Assembly: GCA_977017575.1 (NCBI GenBank)
Contig: CDRNVI010000047.1
Location: 248,001-312,000, forward strand
DNA: 64,000 nt
Direction of reading: 5' to 3'
Origin: Paramoeba atlantica
Taxonomy: Eukaryota; Protista; Discosea
Shown: positions 10,839 through 22,318 of the stretch, in pieces
Layout of the letters: each line of letters opens with the position of its first letter
Position numbering within the stretch: position 1 is the stretch's first letter
Translations under genes and position numbers: made by a program
The notes under the pieces: model-generated
Told to the model about the DNA's origin: nothing
Database searches by the model: none
The model's input: only the letters and a program-made list of their open reading frames with translations

Positions 10839-11215
10839 TCGGTGCGAACAAGACAACGTTTGGGTCACATGAGGGACTGTGGGTGAAACCTCGATATACT
10901 GATAGCGAAACTTCGTGAAACCAGAGGCATACGTCGTTACCCGCACTCCCTCATGTACAGTGCCAGATTTTCTGGTAAATAGTGTCATTTTTGTGCTCAG
11001 ATGGCCAAACTGAGCAGTTTCCCGTGCTGTTACCCCTTTAAGGAGGTAAAACTGAGCACTACAGCTTCAAAAAATACAAATAACAATATGAGCACAGATA
11101 TCCTGCTTCTAAAATATGTGTAAAGTAATACGCGGCAAAGTTTTTACAGACTGAAAGAACCCGTTAGACCCATCACTTAAAAATTCTTGCTTAGCATACA
11201 GCATATTTTAACGTA

Positions 11216-11403
11216 CTGTAGACCCTCCCCCAGTGAGAGAATGGATTTTGGGTCAAAATCCATGGCTAAATTCTCCCTTACTCGGAGGTGTGCTTTTTTT
11301 CCTTTCTCTCAACTTTTTTGATACTTTTTTCTATGTTTTCTCTGAAAACGTGTTAAAACGCTTATTTGGGTTACCCCGAGGTCCCCGACATGTGGGTCTA
11401 CGG
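11216..11403. mobile_element. short CCGTAGACCC-TIR MITE, flanked by TA
   Basis: TA|CTGTAGACCC...GGGTCTACGG|TA; internal sequence shared with 38940-38995. Confidence 0.65.
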
Positions 11404-11504
11404 TAATCAACCAATAATACAATCAACGAAGTGTTCGTGAAGTACCAAACGCTAAAAAAAATCTGTCATGACAAAATCTTAGATTTTGAATATATTTTAA
11501 TAAG

Positions 11505-12098
11505 ATGTACAACGTGGGATTCAAGTTTTCCGACGCAGCGGGTGAGAGCCGAAAAGCTGGAAGAGTAAGAGGTTTGCTACTACCCGCAGAGTATGAGCTT
11601 GAGCGTTTGGTAAGTAACATAGTGAATCCACTTCCCTCTTGGAATGCATCCGTACCTGCGCATAAGTGGGAAGGGGTTACGTGTTCTGACGAAGGAAGTA
11701 TTTTAATTTTTAATGCCGAAAATAAAAAATTGTGTGGAGGGCTTTTGTGGAATGCATTACCGAGATCTCTACTTGATTTTTCAGTATTCACCAACGAACT
11801 TATGGGGGAAATTGATCTCGCTGATCTCCCGCCAGATTTATCTGCTTTGGATGCGTCGTACAATCAATTTACGGGAAGTGTTGATCTTTCTCACCTTCCT
11901 CCAAGCTTAACTTCCTTGATATTGTCGGTGAATATGCTAAGTGGTGATGTAACGTTCGCTAATCTTCCCTCTGGACTTATCAGCTTATCACTTCGTCACA
12001 ACGCCGAGCTGACGGGTACAGTACATGTACGCATGCTACCGGTAGGCCTGACGTACAAGGCCTTTCAAGCGACCAAAATAGTACAAATAAAGAACTGA
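11505..12098 (+). CDS. LRR protein (member 3)
   Basis: RVRGLLLPAEYELERLVSNIVNPLPSW cap plus LRRs. Confidence 0.9.
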   Translation: MYNVGFKFSDAAGESRKAGRVRGLLLPAEYELERLVSNIVNPLPSWNASVPAHKWEGVTCSDEGSILIFNAENKKLCGGLLWNALPRSLLDFSVFTNELMGEIDLADLPPDLSALDASYNQFTGSVDLSHLPPSLTSLILSVNMLSGDVTFANLPSGLISLSLRHNAELTGTVHVRMLPVGLTYKAFQATKIVQIKN

Positions 12099-12107
12099 TC
12101 TAACATA

Positions 12108-12420
12108 CAGTGGTGTTCAGCGACATGCCCCTCGTACAGGTCTTGTATTTTTCCCGATTTTCAAAATCGGGTATACTGTTTTTCGACCGAATCGTTCTGA
12201 ATCCGCTGTCCCCCTATCGAGCGACCCCCTACCCTCCTAGCCAGGTAGGAGTCAAAAAAGCTAATTAATTACAACTTTTTAGGGGGAATTTTTCGAGTTT
12301 TTTGGATGAAGATGAGTAGGTTAGAAAACTTTTAAGAAGAGTGCGAAGTCATGCCCTTTGGTCTTCTTGACCAAAAGTAAACGTTTAAGATAGTTCCAAA
12401 AGATATTCTTGGAGGATTAG
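12108..12420 (+). mobile_element. truncated copy (left end) of the CAGTG MITE
   Basis: TA|CAGTGGTGTTCAGCG and downstream sequence align to 6269-6600; starts 10 nt after an LRR stop codon. Confidence 0.75.
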
Positions 12421-12476
12421 TACCTAAATTGCGCAAAAAAAATTACTTATTGACGGTATATTTACATTCTCTTAAA

Positions 12477-13265
12477 ATGTTGCAATTCCCGTGTCACTTA
12501 CGTTGCTTTTATGTTCGCGATTCGGATGAGTCACATGTTCCCTTGCCCCGCGCTGCGTCACCTCCACCCCTGAAAACCGGCCCACGCGGGGCAAGAGTAC
12601 GCGGCGCGGTTCTTTCTGCAGAAATGGGGCTTACTCGTTTCATATCGAATATTACGAATGTTCATGTCTCTTGGAGTGAGCATAAGAATGGGTGCGTATG
12701 GAGTGGTGTAAAATGTGATTCAGGTTCTCAAGTTATCTCACTGGACTGGAATTCTCTTGCATTGGCTGGAACTTTCTTGTATCGCCATATGCCGTCTACA
12801 ACAAAGTCTTTTATTGTATGGCGTAATGATATCACTGGAGGGGTCCCTTTGCACGAGTTTCCTTCCAGCCTTGAACACATCAACCTCTCGACGAACCAGT
12901 TATTCGGACCTCTTCTAACGGAGAACTTACCCAGGGGTCTTCTCACTTTCTATGCTGCTACGAATTATTTCAGTGGAGAGGTGGGGTTCACTATCCTTCC
13001 TGGTGCACTGACATCTCTCGGACTTGCGGTAAATAAATTTACAGGAGGCGTGGATTTGCGTTCTCTTCCTGTGGGTCTTGTTTATCTTGACCTCAACCAC
13101 AATCATTTTACTGGCGATGTTTGTCTTAGCGCACTACCAGATTCACTTGAAATACTCTACTTACACAACAATGAATTTACGGGAGTTCTCGATACGCGAC
13201 ACCTGCCCTCAGGCCTTAAAAGCAGCACGTTTGAAAGCAATTCCTTCTCGGATGGTATTCAATAA
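12477..13265 (+). CDS. LRR protein (member 4)
   Basis: RVRGAVLSAEMGLTRF..SW..CVWSGVKC cap plus LRRs. Confidence 0.9.
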   Translation: MLQFPCHLRCFYVRDSDESHVPLPRAASPPPLKTGPRGARVRGAVLSAEMGLTRFISNITNVHVSWSEHKNGCVWSGVKCDSGSQVISLDWNSLALAGTFLYRHMPSTTKSFIVWRNDITGGVPLHEFPSSLEHINLSTNQLFGPLLTENLPRGLLTFYAATNYFSGEVGFTILPGALTSLGLAVNKFTGGVDLRSLPVGLVYLDLNHNHFTGDVCLSALPDSLEILYLHNNEFTGVLDTRHLPSGLKSSTFESNSFSDGIQ

Positions 13266-13311
13266 AAGGGAATACATCTGCATCTACAGTATCTGTCATT
13301 AACATTTTGTC

Positions 13312-13425
13312 CTTAGAAATATTTTACATACCACCGTTTTTCTACCCAATCCACTGTCCGAATCCAGTATCGTTTTCACTCGAGCGACCCCCTACGCCCC
13401 CCAAACCAGGTTGGGGTCAAAAAAT
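13312..13425 (+). repeat. internal fragment of the CAGTG MITE left arm
   Basis: AAATATTTT..ATACCACCGTTTTT..CCGAATCC..TTTTCACTCGAGCGACCCC aligns to 6330-6430. Confidence 0.6.
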
Positions 13426-13656
13426 TTGTGAATGCAAGTTTTCGAGGTTAAGGCTTGAAAATGAATAGAAAGTTGAGGCATTACTCTGAAGAAAATGCAA
13501 ACGTAAGGAAACAGATCATTAGCATTTCGTATCGTGTCCCTTTTATTCTTGTACCGCAATCAAGCGTTTGGAGTATTGCTTAAAATTATTTTTTTAATAT
13601 TTAGTCTTTAGGAACATTACTGATGATACTAGTCTCCTTGGGTTTCATCACCTGTC

Positions 13657-15399
13657 ATGCTATCCCGTCCCAAGGACCCCTTCCTGACCGAGAAAGATCT
13701 GGAACTCCCCTCCCCAAGTTCCGCCCCCCACCTCGTGATCATCGGCGGAGGTTATACCGGGGCCACCTTGGCGTACTACACGAATTCCCTCCTCCGCGTG
13801 ACGCTCATTGACCACAAAAACTACTTTCAGCACACACCAAACCTCATCCCGCTGTTCACCCAGCCCTGGAGTGATCATCTCGAAAAGTACGCCCACAATA
13901 TTCTACCCCTCCACCGGTACTACCTCGCCCGGGGGAACGTAATCACCTCCACCGTCACCGAGGTAGCCTCGGATTCCGTCCGACTGCGGGACGGCACGGT
14001 GATCCCATACGACCTGCTGGTCCTGTCCCCGGGGGAGGCCCAAGCCTTCCCGTTCCACTCTGCTGCCCGCACAAAGGCTCAACGTATTGCGGAGATCCGT
14101 GCGCTGAACCGGTTTATTGGATCGAAGTCGGTACGTCGGATAGCCGTCGTGGGCGGAGGGCCCATGGGAGTGCACATGGCGAAATCCCTCGCGGAGAGCT
14201 ACGGGGAAAAGGGGAAGGAAATACATCTGTTTCACCGCACAGACACGCTTGTACCGCGCACCCCTCCCCTGGTACAGCGCTACGTTACTGAAGGTTTGGA
14301 CCGGGAGTCCAGTGTGACTGTGCACTACAACCGGGAAGTGGTGAATGTGACCGTAACAAAACCATGGAGATGGCTTCCTTCGCTGTTTCGTTGGTCGTGG
14401 TTTTTTTCCGCAGCCCCCTCGGAGGAGGTAGCCAGCCCTACCTCGCACCCGAAATACTCCCTCACCCACGTATTTAGCCCCAAATCCAACAACCTTTCCC
14501 TCCTTCACCGTCGACGCTCCATTCTCTACCAAATCTACTTTGGTGCCAAGAACCCCCCAACGCCACCCCCCACCGACCAACAACCCCCCTCTCCCGATCC
14601 CGAGACAACAAATCCCTCACCCTCTTCCTCTACATTTTCCTCCCCTTCGAATGACACCTCCCACGCCCCTAACTTCGACTACATCTTCTTTTGCACCGGC
14701 GGCACCCCTCGTCTCTCGGAGCCTCTCTTCCTCTCTAACAACGACAACAGCAGCAGCCCCTCCTTCCTCTCCCCCCACCTCTCCCCCACCGGACACCTCA
14801 AAGTGACCCGGTTCCTCCAGCTGCAGTCCTTCCCGCGCATCTTCGCCCTCGGGAAGGCCGCCGCCCTCCCCTGGGTACGCTGCACCACCTGCAGCGACGC
14901 CCAGGCCCGGGCCCTGTTCCTCCAGCTCCACAGCACACTCACCGCGGAGGGGGCCAGGGCCGCTCCGAAAGAGCCTCAACCGAACACGAAGCGCGTAGCG
15001 AAGGGTAGGCACAACGTGTCGTTGGGCTCTGCATCCTCGGGGGAAGGCGCTTCTTCTTCTTCTTCTTCTTCTTCTTCTTCTTCTTCTTTTTCTTCTTCTT
15101 TAAATTTATCTTCAATGAAATGGAAACCCTCTCACGCCCTCCAGACAGGCCCGCTGCACGCCTCACGGCTGTTCAGCGGGTTCGGTCACCACGGGGGGTT
15201 TGGGATCGACCCGCTGGAGGGCCCTGTGGTGGGGAGGGGGGCCCGGGCCGGGATGCGGAGGGTGCAGGAAAAGGAGCTGCGGCATTTTTACCAGCCCATT
15301 TTTTATAAACCCCAGGAAGGGGGGAGGGTGGTGGAGAGGTTTAAGAGGTGGAGGGAGGTGGAGGGGTGTGACCCGGGGGAGTATGATGTGTTTCGGTGA
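13657..15399 (+). CDS. FAD-dependent pyridine nucleotide-disulfide oxidoreductase, AIF/AMID/FSP1-like
   Basis: Two Rossmann motifs (VIIGGGYTG, VVGGGPMG), IPYDLLVLSPG, and LKVTRFLQLQSFPRIFALG; low-complexity P/S inserts. Confidence 0.85.
   Translation: MLSRPKDPFLTEKDLELPSPSSAPHLVIIGGGYTGATLAYYTNSLLRVTLIDHKNYFQHTPNLIPLFTQPWSDHLEKYAHNILPLHRYYLARGNVITSTVTEVASDSVRLRDGTVIPYDLLVLSPGEAQAFPFHSAARTKAQRIAEIRALNRFIGSKSVRRIAVVGGGPMGVHMAKSLAESYGEKGKEIHLFHRTDTLVPRTPPLVQRYVTEGLDRESSVTVHYNREVVNVTVTKPWRWLPSLFRWSWFFSAAPSEEVASPTSHPKYSLTHVFSPKSNNLSLLHRRRSILYQIYFGAKNPPTPPPTDQQPPSPDPETTNPSPSSSTFSSPSNDTSHAPNFDYIFFCTGGTPRLSEPLFLSNNDNSSSPSFLSPHLSPTGHLKVTRFLQLQSFPRIFALGKAAALPWVRCTTCSDAQARALFLQLHSTLTAEGARAAPKEPQPNTKRVAKGRHNVSLGSASSGEGASSSSSSSSSSSSFSSSLNLSSMKWKPSHALQTGPLHASRLFSGFGHHGGFGIDPLEGPVVGRGARAGMRRVQEKELRHFYQPIFYKPQEGGRVVERFKRWREVEGCDPGEYDVFR
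15049..15098 (+). repeat. (TTC)n microsatellite encoding poly-Ser
   Basis: Direct reading of the sequence. Confidence 0.9.
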
Positions 15400-15660
15400 C
15401 GGGGGGAAGGGGGGATGTGAGTTTGCGTTTTTTTGTGTGGAGGGTGAACACAATTGGGAGGAGTGGGTGGTTGAAATTTCAATCCTTCGTACGGGAGTCG
15501 TGGTATCTTAGAAGACAACGCTTGAGGGGATGTGGGTGTGCATCACCGAACCCGCAACCCGCAGCCCCTTACTTATAGAGTTTCTATAGGTTGAATGGCC
15601 GAAGTTGTTCTTGGGAGTCTGTAACAATCCGTTTAAAAAAATTAAAAAAATTGATTGTTA

Positions 15661-15941
15661 CCGTAGACCCCCCCAAGTAACAAGGATTTGACCCTTTTTC
15701 GGCTGACCCCCAGTAACAAGGATTTGGCTCGGAGGGTCGTTGGAGGGTGGAAGGGGTGTTTGGGCGGGGGGAGGGCGGTTCCGAGGGAGCGAATGGCGTT
15801 GTTGCGGGGTTGTCTGAGCAGAAAATCAACGCACTCATGAACAAAAAAGGTTCTTTCTCACCCAAAAAGCATACCCCCCCAGTAACAAAGATTTGGCCAT
15901 TTTGCCCCCAAATCGATTCTATTAGTAGGGGGGGTCTACGG
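15661..15941. mobile_element. CCGTAGACCCCCC-TIR MITE (281 bp), flanked by TA
   Basis: TA|CCGTAGACCCCCC...GGGGGGTCTACGG|TA; internal repeated CCCCAGTAACAAGGATTTG. Confidence 0.8.
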
Positions 15942-16474
15942 TACCTCGCTTTTCGAAAAGCTAGAAGTCAGGTTTAATTTCTCTTGCTTTTATTCGGTGG
16001 CACATTATTCCTCAGTAATGCTCTTTTCCTTCCACTTTACCGATAGTCACGCACTACCCAAGGAAACCGGTACAAAGGACCACATGACACCAAGTTCTGA
16101 TGATCATCACGTCCAACGTTCATCAAAAGTACGTGGGGTGTCCTTCCCACAGGAATACGATTTAGCGCGACTTACACAAGATGTGGAAAACTTTTCGCGG
16201 GACACTAATATGGACGTAGAAAATTGGGGTGGGGTGACATGTGGTAAGCAAGGTGTAATTGCAATAGATTGGAGCAGAGAATATCTTTCCGGGTCTCTAA
16301 ATTGGAAGTACTTACCGTCAAGCTTAGAGTGCTTCGAAATCTGGGAAAACCAGCTCTCTGGCGAAGTGCCATTTCAGTTCTTACCGGTAACATTGAAAAT
16401 TCTTTCACTCTCATACAACGAATTTTCTGGAACTCCAAATTTCTTATTCTTACCACCTTCGATTGAGGTTGTCA

Positions 16475-16502
16475 ATAAAGATACAGTTTCTGTACCTTGT
16501 TG
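16475..16502 (+). ncRNA. spliced-leader exon copy (28 nt) at the 5' end of the LINE
   Basis: ATAAAGATACAGTTTCTGTACCTTGTTG aligns to positions 12-39 of trypanosomatid SL exons; followed directly by a 39-nt 5' UTR and the ATG. Confidence 0.85.
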
Positions 16503-19500
16503 AATTATTTTCAATTTTGTACTAACTTTATCTTCCGGAGCATGGCCTCCAATGTCACCTCACCGGCTCCCATCGCGCACGACGGCCTCCCTCGAGGACC
16601 TGTCAGCGCGCAGCGACATCCCCAGAGCTTTCACTTCATCCAAAGTCGAGCGATGCCCGTCAAAATCCGCCCCTCGGACAGCGTCACATGGTCATATTTC
16701 CCAGACACGCATGCCGCAGCCATTGCCCTCACAGAACGAGAGTTCTTCTCGAGTGTCCACACGGCTGAAGCCTCGATCGGCAAAACCTTGAAGTCGGAAA
16801 GCAAAAGAAGTGATGGTCTGATAATCAAATCGTGTACAATTCAAGATGTCATTGAAAACAACGCATGTGAACACCTAAAATACCAAGAAACGGGAAACCC
16901 AAGTCGCACGTTTTGTCACGCCAGCTGGAGTTCCGCCTACAGGGATTCGTTCATGCAGCTTAACGCAGTGTACTCCTCTTCGAACGCGCTCGGCAAAGCG
17001 GTCACGAAGAAATTATGTGGTAGTGACATCCCAGGATTACGAAAATTCCAAATCACACACGTAACTCGAAAAACACAACCCATTGAACTACTACGGGGTC
17101 ACCCAGAGATCACCTACGACGCACCCTATAGGATCCGAGATGACTCTTACAAGGTGTCACCGCCATCATATGCCTCAAAACACGCTCTCGAACCACGTGC
17201 CTCATGCGCTTATAAATGCCGGGACAAAACATCGTGTCTCCACGCATGTTGCAAAGTACGACACGAAGGATCTCTTCCGCCTAACGTGTCTCTTCCCTCT
17301 CCCGAGGACGTTGCCCCTATGGAACCCTCACTTACTTCTCACAGAAGACCGTGCAAACACACATGCCGCGACAAAAGAAATTGTCTGCACAAGTGTTGCA
17401 AAGTGGGGGTCCCCATTACAATGCCCAAAGTAGTCCTCAACCAGTGCTACCCCTCGTGGAACCACCCATAGCTCGAGCAAGTAGTCCACTACCAGCAGAC
17501 TTATCCATAGACACCGATCAGCATACCACACCAGACATCGGACACTTCGAAGAGGTCAGGGATCCGGAGCTCCCGACCGTAAATCCGCCCTCACTAGGAT
17601 GCATGGATGACGCCACACACCACACACAAACATCAACCAATGAAGTCAATTATCGCCCCTGTCGGCACATATGTAGCAACAAAGCTCAGTGCAAGCATCG
17701 ATGTTGCAAAAATGGTGTCATACAACCTAGCACGGAGGTTGTACTCCGCGAACCCGTCCGTACCTCTCCAGACCTGCACACCAGCAATGACAACAACACC
17801 CCTGCCCCAACAGCCCCTCGTCGCAACTGCGCTCATAAATGTAAGGACAAGGCAACATGTAAACATCAATGCTGCCAGAAAGGAGTTCTCCTCAAAGTCG
17901 CTGAAGTAGCGTACTCTGCCATATGCTGGACCACGAGAAATATACTGTGCCCTGCAATGGGTGATGCGGAACGCGCCGCAAAAGCTTCACTACCGCCCCC
18001 TCCACGCGCAACAACCTACCCCCCAGTTCACACAAACCCCTCGAATCGCTCGAGTCCAATACTGAGCCCTGTGCGGAATGCACCACTTGTCCACGCCCCG
18101 CAACATGATTCCCCTTCTGTACGCCGCTCCTCACCTTCTTTACCCCTTGTGCAGTCCGCAACAGATCCCACGCCTCTGCCCTTACCTTTACCTCCCCCAC
18201 CAGAAGGAAACTGCGAACACACGATATTGCAGCGCATCCCTCGTGTCCGGTAAGTCCCGGCTACCCGACCTCTCCCTGAACTGCAGAACCTACTCGAAAC
18301 ATTCCGCACAATGAATGGAGGTCGCGTTTTAGTCCGTTTCACAGAGGAACAGTGGGAGAGTATTATTGCGAAGATCGAGGAACGCTGCAACTCGTATATC
18401 CACCTGGCGCGAAACAAAGAGGACGCCCTGTCGCAAGCTGAAATACTCTCAGCAATCCTCGCTGTAACTGCATTCGAGGCCGCACGGGAAAACGATCCGA
18501 CGCACGGCTTTCTTATACGGACCAGAACTGGCAGAGCCCGAAGAAACTCACGACCCTTAGCCATTGAACGCACAGTGAAAGTACTCAGTCAACACGTTCG
18601 ACAACTTAAACGTGCGCTAACGTTCATGAAGGGTCCTGCGAGAAACAAGCAACGAGGGAAAATAAAGGAAGCCGAAAAGGCACTAAAGCAGTAAATGGAA
18701 GAATCCAGTATGCAGAGGAAAGAAATCGATCGACGGTGGGCTCTTACGCGATTCCAGCGAAATCCCTGGACAGCCGCGGGCGAATGCTTAGATCGCGTCG
18801 ACCCATCTACCTCAGAAACTGAGACGTCCTACCCTACAGTTCCTGTACAGGAGGTTGAAAGATTCTTTGTGGGCTCAATGTCTAGACCAGAAGAGATACA
18901 CAAGATTCCTCCCGCAGAATTTACGAAACCAATTCCCCTTGATGAGATGCAATGGTCAGATATTGACTCAGACATGATCGCAGCAGCCGTCGCATCCAAA
19001 CGCTCTGGGGCTGCCCCAGGCTCGGACACTGTATCGAACGCGCTGCTAAAGCGCTGCGCCCCTGTCTTTACTCACATGGCACAGGTGTTTAATGATGTCC
19101 TAAAATTTGGTGTATGCCCTCCAACCTGGAAAACTGCGGTCACTCGACTTATCCACAAAGGGGGCCCCACCTCAAGTATGGAAAACTGGCGGCCGATAAG
19201 CTTGACTAGCTGCATTGGGAAGCTTTTCCACTCAATCCTCAGTCACCGTATCCTTCAGCATTCCCTGGATTCCAATGCCCTGGACACAACAATACAAAAA
19301 GGCTTCTTGCCGCATATGAATGGGACAGTTGAGCACACCCAGGTCCTTTGCGAGCTCCTCGAGCACCAGCGGCGCCACAAAAGGCAATACGTGCTTGCCT
19401 AGTTTGATATCAAAAACGCGTTTGGATCTATACCCCATACAATTTTATTTCAGGCCTTAAAATGGGCGCGCGTCTCACCGATCCTCATTAACTACATCAA

Positions 19501-21321
19501 AGCGCTGTACGAACGAGCGTCTATACAAATTAAATGTGCAGAAGGACTCACGAAGTCTATTGAGATAGGTCGTGGTGTATTGCAGGGAGATACGCTTTCA
19601 CCTATTTTATTCGACTTGGCGATGGAGCTAGTTCTGCGTTTTGTCCGTTCAAGTTGCCCCGAATACGGGATCACGTGGAATGCGAAAGAAATTTTTCTAA
19701 AAGCCTTCGCAGATGACCTCACTATTCTGACAAATACCCCCCAGGAAATGCAGAATGCTACAAACGCACTCGTCAAAGTTCTAAGCGATATTGGGATGAA
19801 ACTAAACGTGAAAAAATGCCGGCTGCAACACATGGCGATGACGCAAGACTCTGGATATATGACACGCCGACCACAGATCATGATCGGCACGTCACCTATC
19901 CCACACATATGTGATAATGGTAGCACATTTTTAGGCATGACGCTCGCACCCGGTGCTCAACAAGGCAAGACACTCTTTCTAAAACTACGAACCCGTCTGC
20001 GAGCCTGGTTGCGTAATATATCTTCCAGCGCACATGACCTTCCCGCGCGCCTGTGGATATACAATAACGGCATCATCTCTCGTCTGCGGTATTCCTTCGT
20101 CGTGAACTCATGCCTTACCTTCAATCACGTACTTCGTCTACAGCGATGCGCCACACGCGAAATTCGGAAATGGTTAAACGTAGCGAAATCAGCAACTAGT
20201 GAGCTGCTCTATTCAGAGCATGGCTGGAATCTCATGAGTCTGTCAAAACTTTGGCTTCTTTCCACTGTGGGGACAATGGAACAAATGGATAAATCGCGTG
20301 ATCCCGAGGTCCAGCACGCTTTACGTGAGCGCATCAGGCGAGAAGCGAACAAAAGGAGAGCAGGATACATTCGCCCGCCGACGGATATGCACAGTACAAG
20401 CCATAGTAACGTCCGAAGACTCCTTGGAAGCGAATACGAGCGACACCTCACGGAAGCCGTCCAACGGCGTACTGCCGTAGCAGGACGATGGTTCAGAATC
20501 GCAACGGAAGCAGACCTTGCGAGAGTCTTCGCCGCCGCCCTATGCAACCTCAAGAGTGAATCGCTTTCGCGGTTCACATCCTCAGTGCTTACCGAGACGC
20601 CGCTCCCAACCAGGGCATCTCTTCGTAGGTGGGGCGTATCGACATGCGAGCGATAAATGTCCCATATGTGACACTGAGACACAAACTACGCGGCATATTC
20701 TATCTGGTTGTAGGAAGTCACTCGAACAAGGGAGGTATACCCTACGGCATAACATGGTACTACAGGCATTAGCGAACTCCGTACAACGATTCTCCTCCAC
20801 TAGTCAATGTCACTTCGATCTCCCCCACTTCCGCTCCACCCCCGCGTGGCTCACGAACCTTGATACTGAGCTACGTCCTGACGGATGGGTGAAACTATCT
20901 AACGGAGAAGAATACATTATAGAACTTACCTGCCCTTGGGAGGAGAATTTTGAGTTCGCACACGAGCGCAAAATAGAAAAGTACACGAGTTTATATCACT
21001 CTAGAAAACTCGACCATCCTACCACATTCCTACTCGTCTTCGAGGTGGGAGCGAGAGGCAAACTGCATATGTCGGCCCGAACGCTCAACTCTCTCTACAT
21101 GGGAAATGAAGAAGCGGTTGCAGTGTGTCGCCGAAATATGACGAGTAGCGCTCTCCGGGGAAGTTTCATAATTTTCCAGCACCGCGAGAACAAACAGTGG
21201 ATGGAGGTTAGTTCTGGGGAGTGAGTCGCTGACTGTCAGGTGATTTCAACGCGTTTTGTGCGCGTAATATGGAACTCCCATATTCACCGTCTGATCTCTG
21301 TAGAATATTTTCTACATGATA

Positions 21322-21348
<27 letters not shown>
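16475..21348 (+). mobile_element. full-length, decayed RLE-type non-LTR retrotransposon (HERO/NeSL-like) with a 5' SL exon and an (AT)n tail
   Basis: Reconstructed ORF 16542-21224: RT motifs NWRPISL, QKGF, DIKNAFGSIPH, LQGDTLSP, AFADD, LNVKKC; CCHC CPIC..HILSGC; RHN; endonuclease LRPD..IELTCPWE..ERKIEKY. In-frame stops at 18251, 18692 and 19400; frameshifts near 17440 and 20645. Confidence 0.93.
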
Positions 21349-21352
<4 letters not shown>

Positions 21353-21414
21353 CTTTCAACAATTTTGAAGGCAATATTGATTTTAGTGCGCTACCTGCAT
21401 CTCTTCGGACGATG

Positions 21415-21993
21415 ATAAAGATACAGTTTCTGTACCTTGTTGGTACTTTTTCCTTAGTTCATCCTTTCTTTCCCCGGCAACGGGCATACTCTTACTGTAT
21501 TTTCATGCCCGTTGCCGGCCGGCACTAAGGTCGGAACTGTCCCTCTTGTCGCTGAAGCAGGGGACGCGCTTTCACCACTTCACCCCTCCCCGACTCACTC
21601 CCCTGGAGTGAGTGTGCTTCCCCCTCTCGGCTTTTTTTCGACTTGTCTTTTTCCTCTCCGAGAGGGCCATGCGTCACGGTGGCCTCCCTTGAGGACCACT
21701 AGACGTGTCCTCCGCCGACGAGACTCGGCTCTCTGCACCTGGCGGTCGCCCAGCTCACCGCACCTCGGCTCTGTCGCAGCTCTCTGCACCCGGATTGCCC
21801 TCGAAACTGTAATATGGGGATTACGCATCCGGCTCTCTGCACCTGCACATGACAACCGAGCTCTCTGCACCTGGGACGCCAGCTCTCCGCACCCGCACAC
21901 CTCCGGCGAGGACGAAACCTCACATGGTCCACCCGTCGTATGCGGGATAAGGACATGGTGAGCAAATCTCTGCACTATAAGTGCATGATAAAA
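21415..21993 (+). mobile_element. SL-RNA-headed SINE-like element, type A, copy A1
   Basis: SL exon plus GTAC, a 14-bp hairpin at 21474-21518, internal CTCTCTGCACC repeats, and 3' ATCTC-TGCAC-tataa-GTGCA-TGATAAAA; interrupts an LRR frame. Confidence 0.88.
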
Positions 21994-22318
21994 CACATAC
22001 ATAACAATGTGAAATTGCGGGGCAACCTACAAATTGTAGGGGCACATGTGGACATGATCTACGATGTTTCCGAAACGGAAATTACAGTTAGCAACAGTTG
22101 TGGCGCGCTGGAACAATATATTATGATGTGATTGGTAGGGAAAAAGTAGGGGGGGGGGGAATTCTCGGTATGTTAACCTGTAACCCGTTTAATACATTAG
22201 TCTACCCTGTGTGAGTGGTATAGTCAACACCGTACACATTCTCCTATTTTTTACTCTCACACTTTCTTCACCCGTACTTTACCTAAGCTTTTATCTGTTC
22301 CCCCAACTCCGATATTTC

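Larger units (their letters stand above)
16018..22131 (+). pseudogene. LRR gene (member 5) split by a LINE and an SL-headed SINE
   Basis: KVRGVSFPQEYDL..LPPSIEVV to 16474, then ISFNNFEGNIDFSALPASLRTM at 21349-21414, then HIHNNVKLRGNL..TGA at ~21994-22131. Confidence 0.9.

Noticed and set aside
18251-19402. Stop-codon reassignment or programmed readthrough explaining three in-frame stops in the LINE
   Set aside because: Host genes here end normally in TAA, TAG and TGA, and the same element also has two frameshifts, so decay is the simpler explanation.
16475-21442. The LINE as a SLACS/CRE-type insertion into an SL gene, with the two SL copies as target-site duplication
   Set aside because: 66 bp of in-frame LRR sequence lies between the LINE (AT)n tail and the second SL copy, so these are two separate insertions in an LRR gene.
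21415-21600. Functional SL-RNA genes
   Set aside because: Not supported as such: copies sit inside coding sequence with no shared upstream promoter region, probably lack the first ~11 nt, and show no T-tract terminator. A master copy elsewhere is not excluded.
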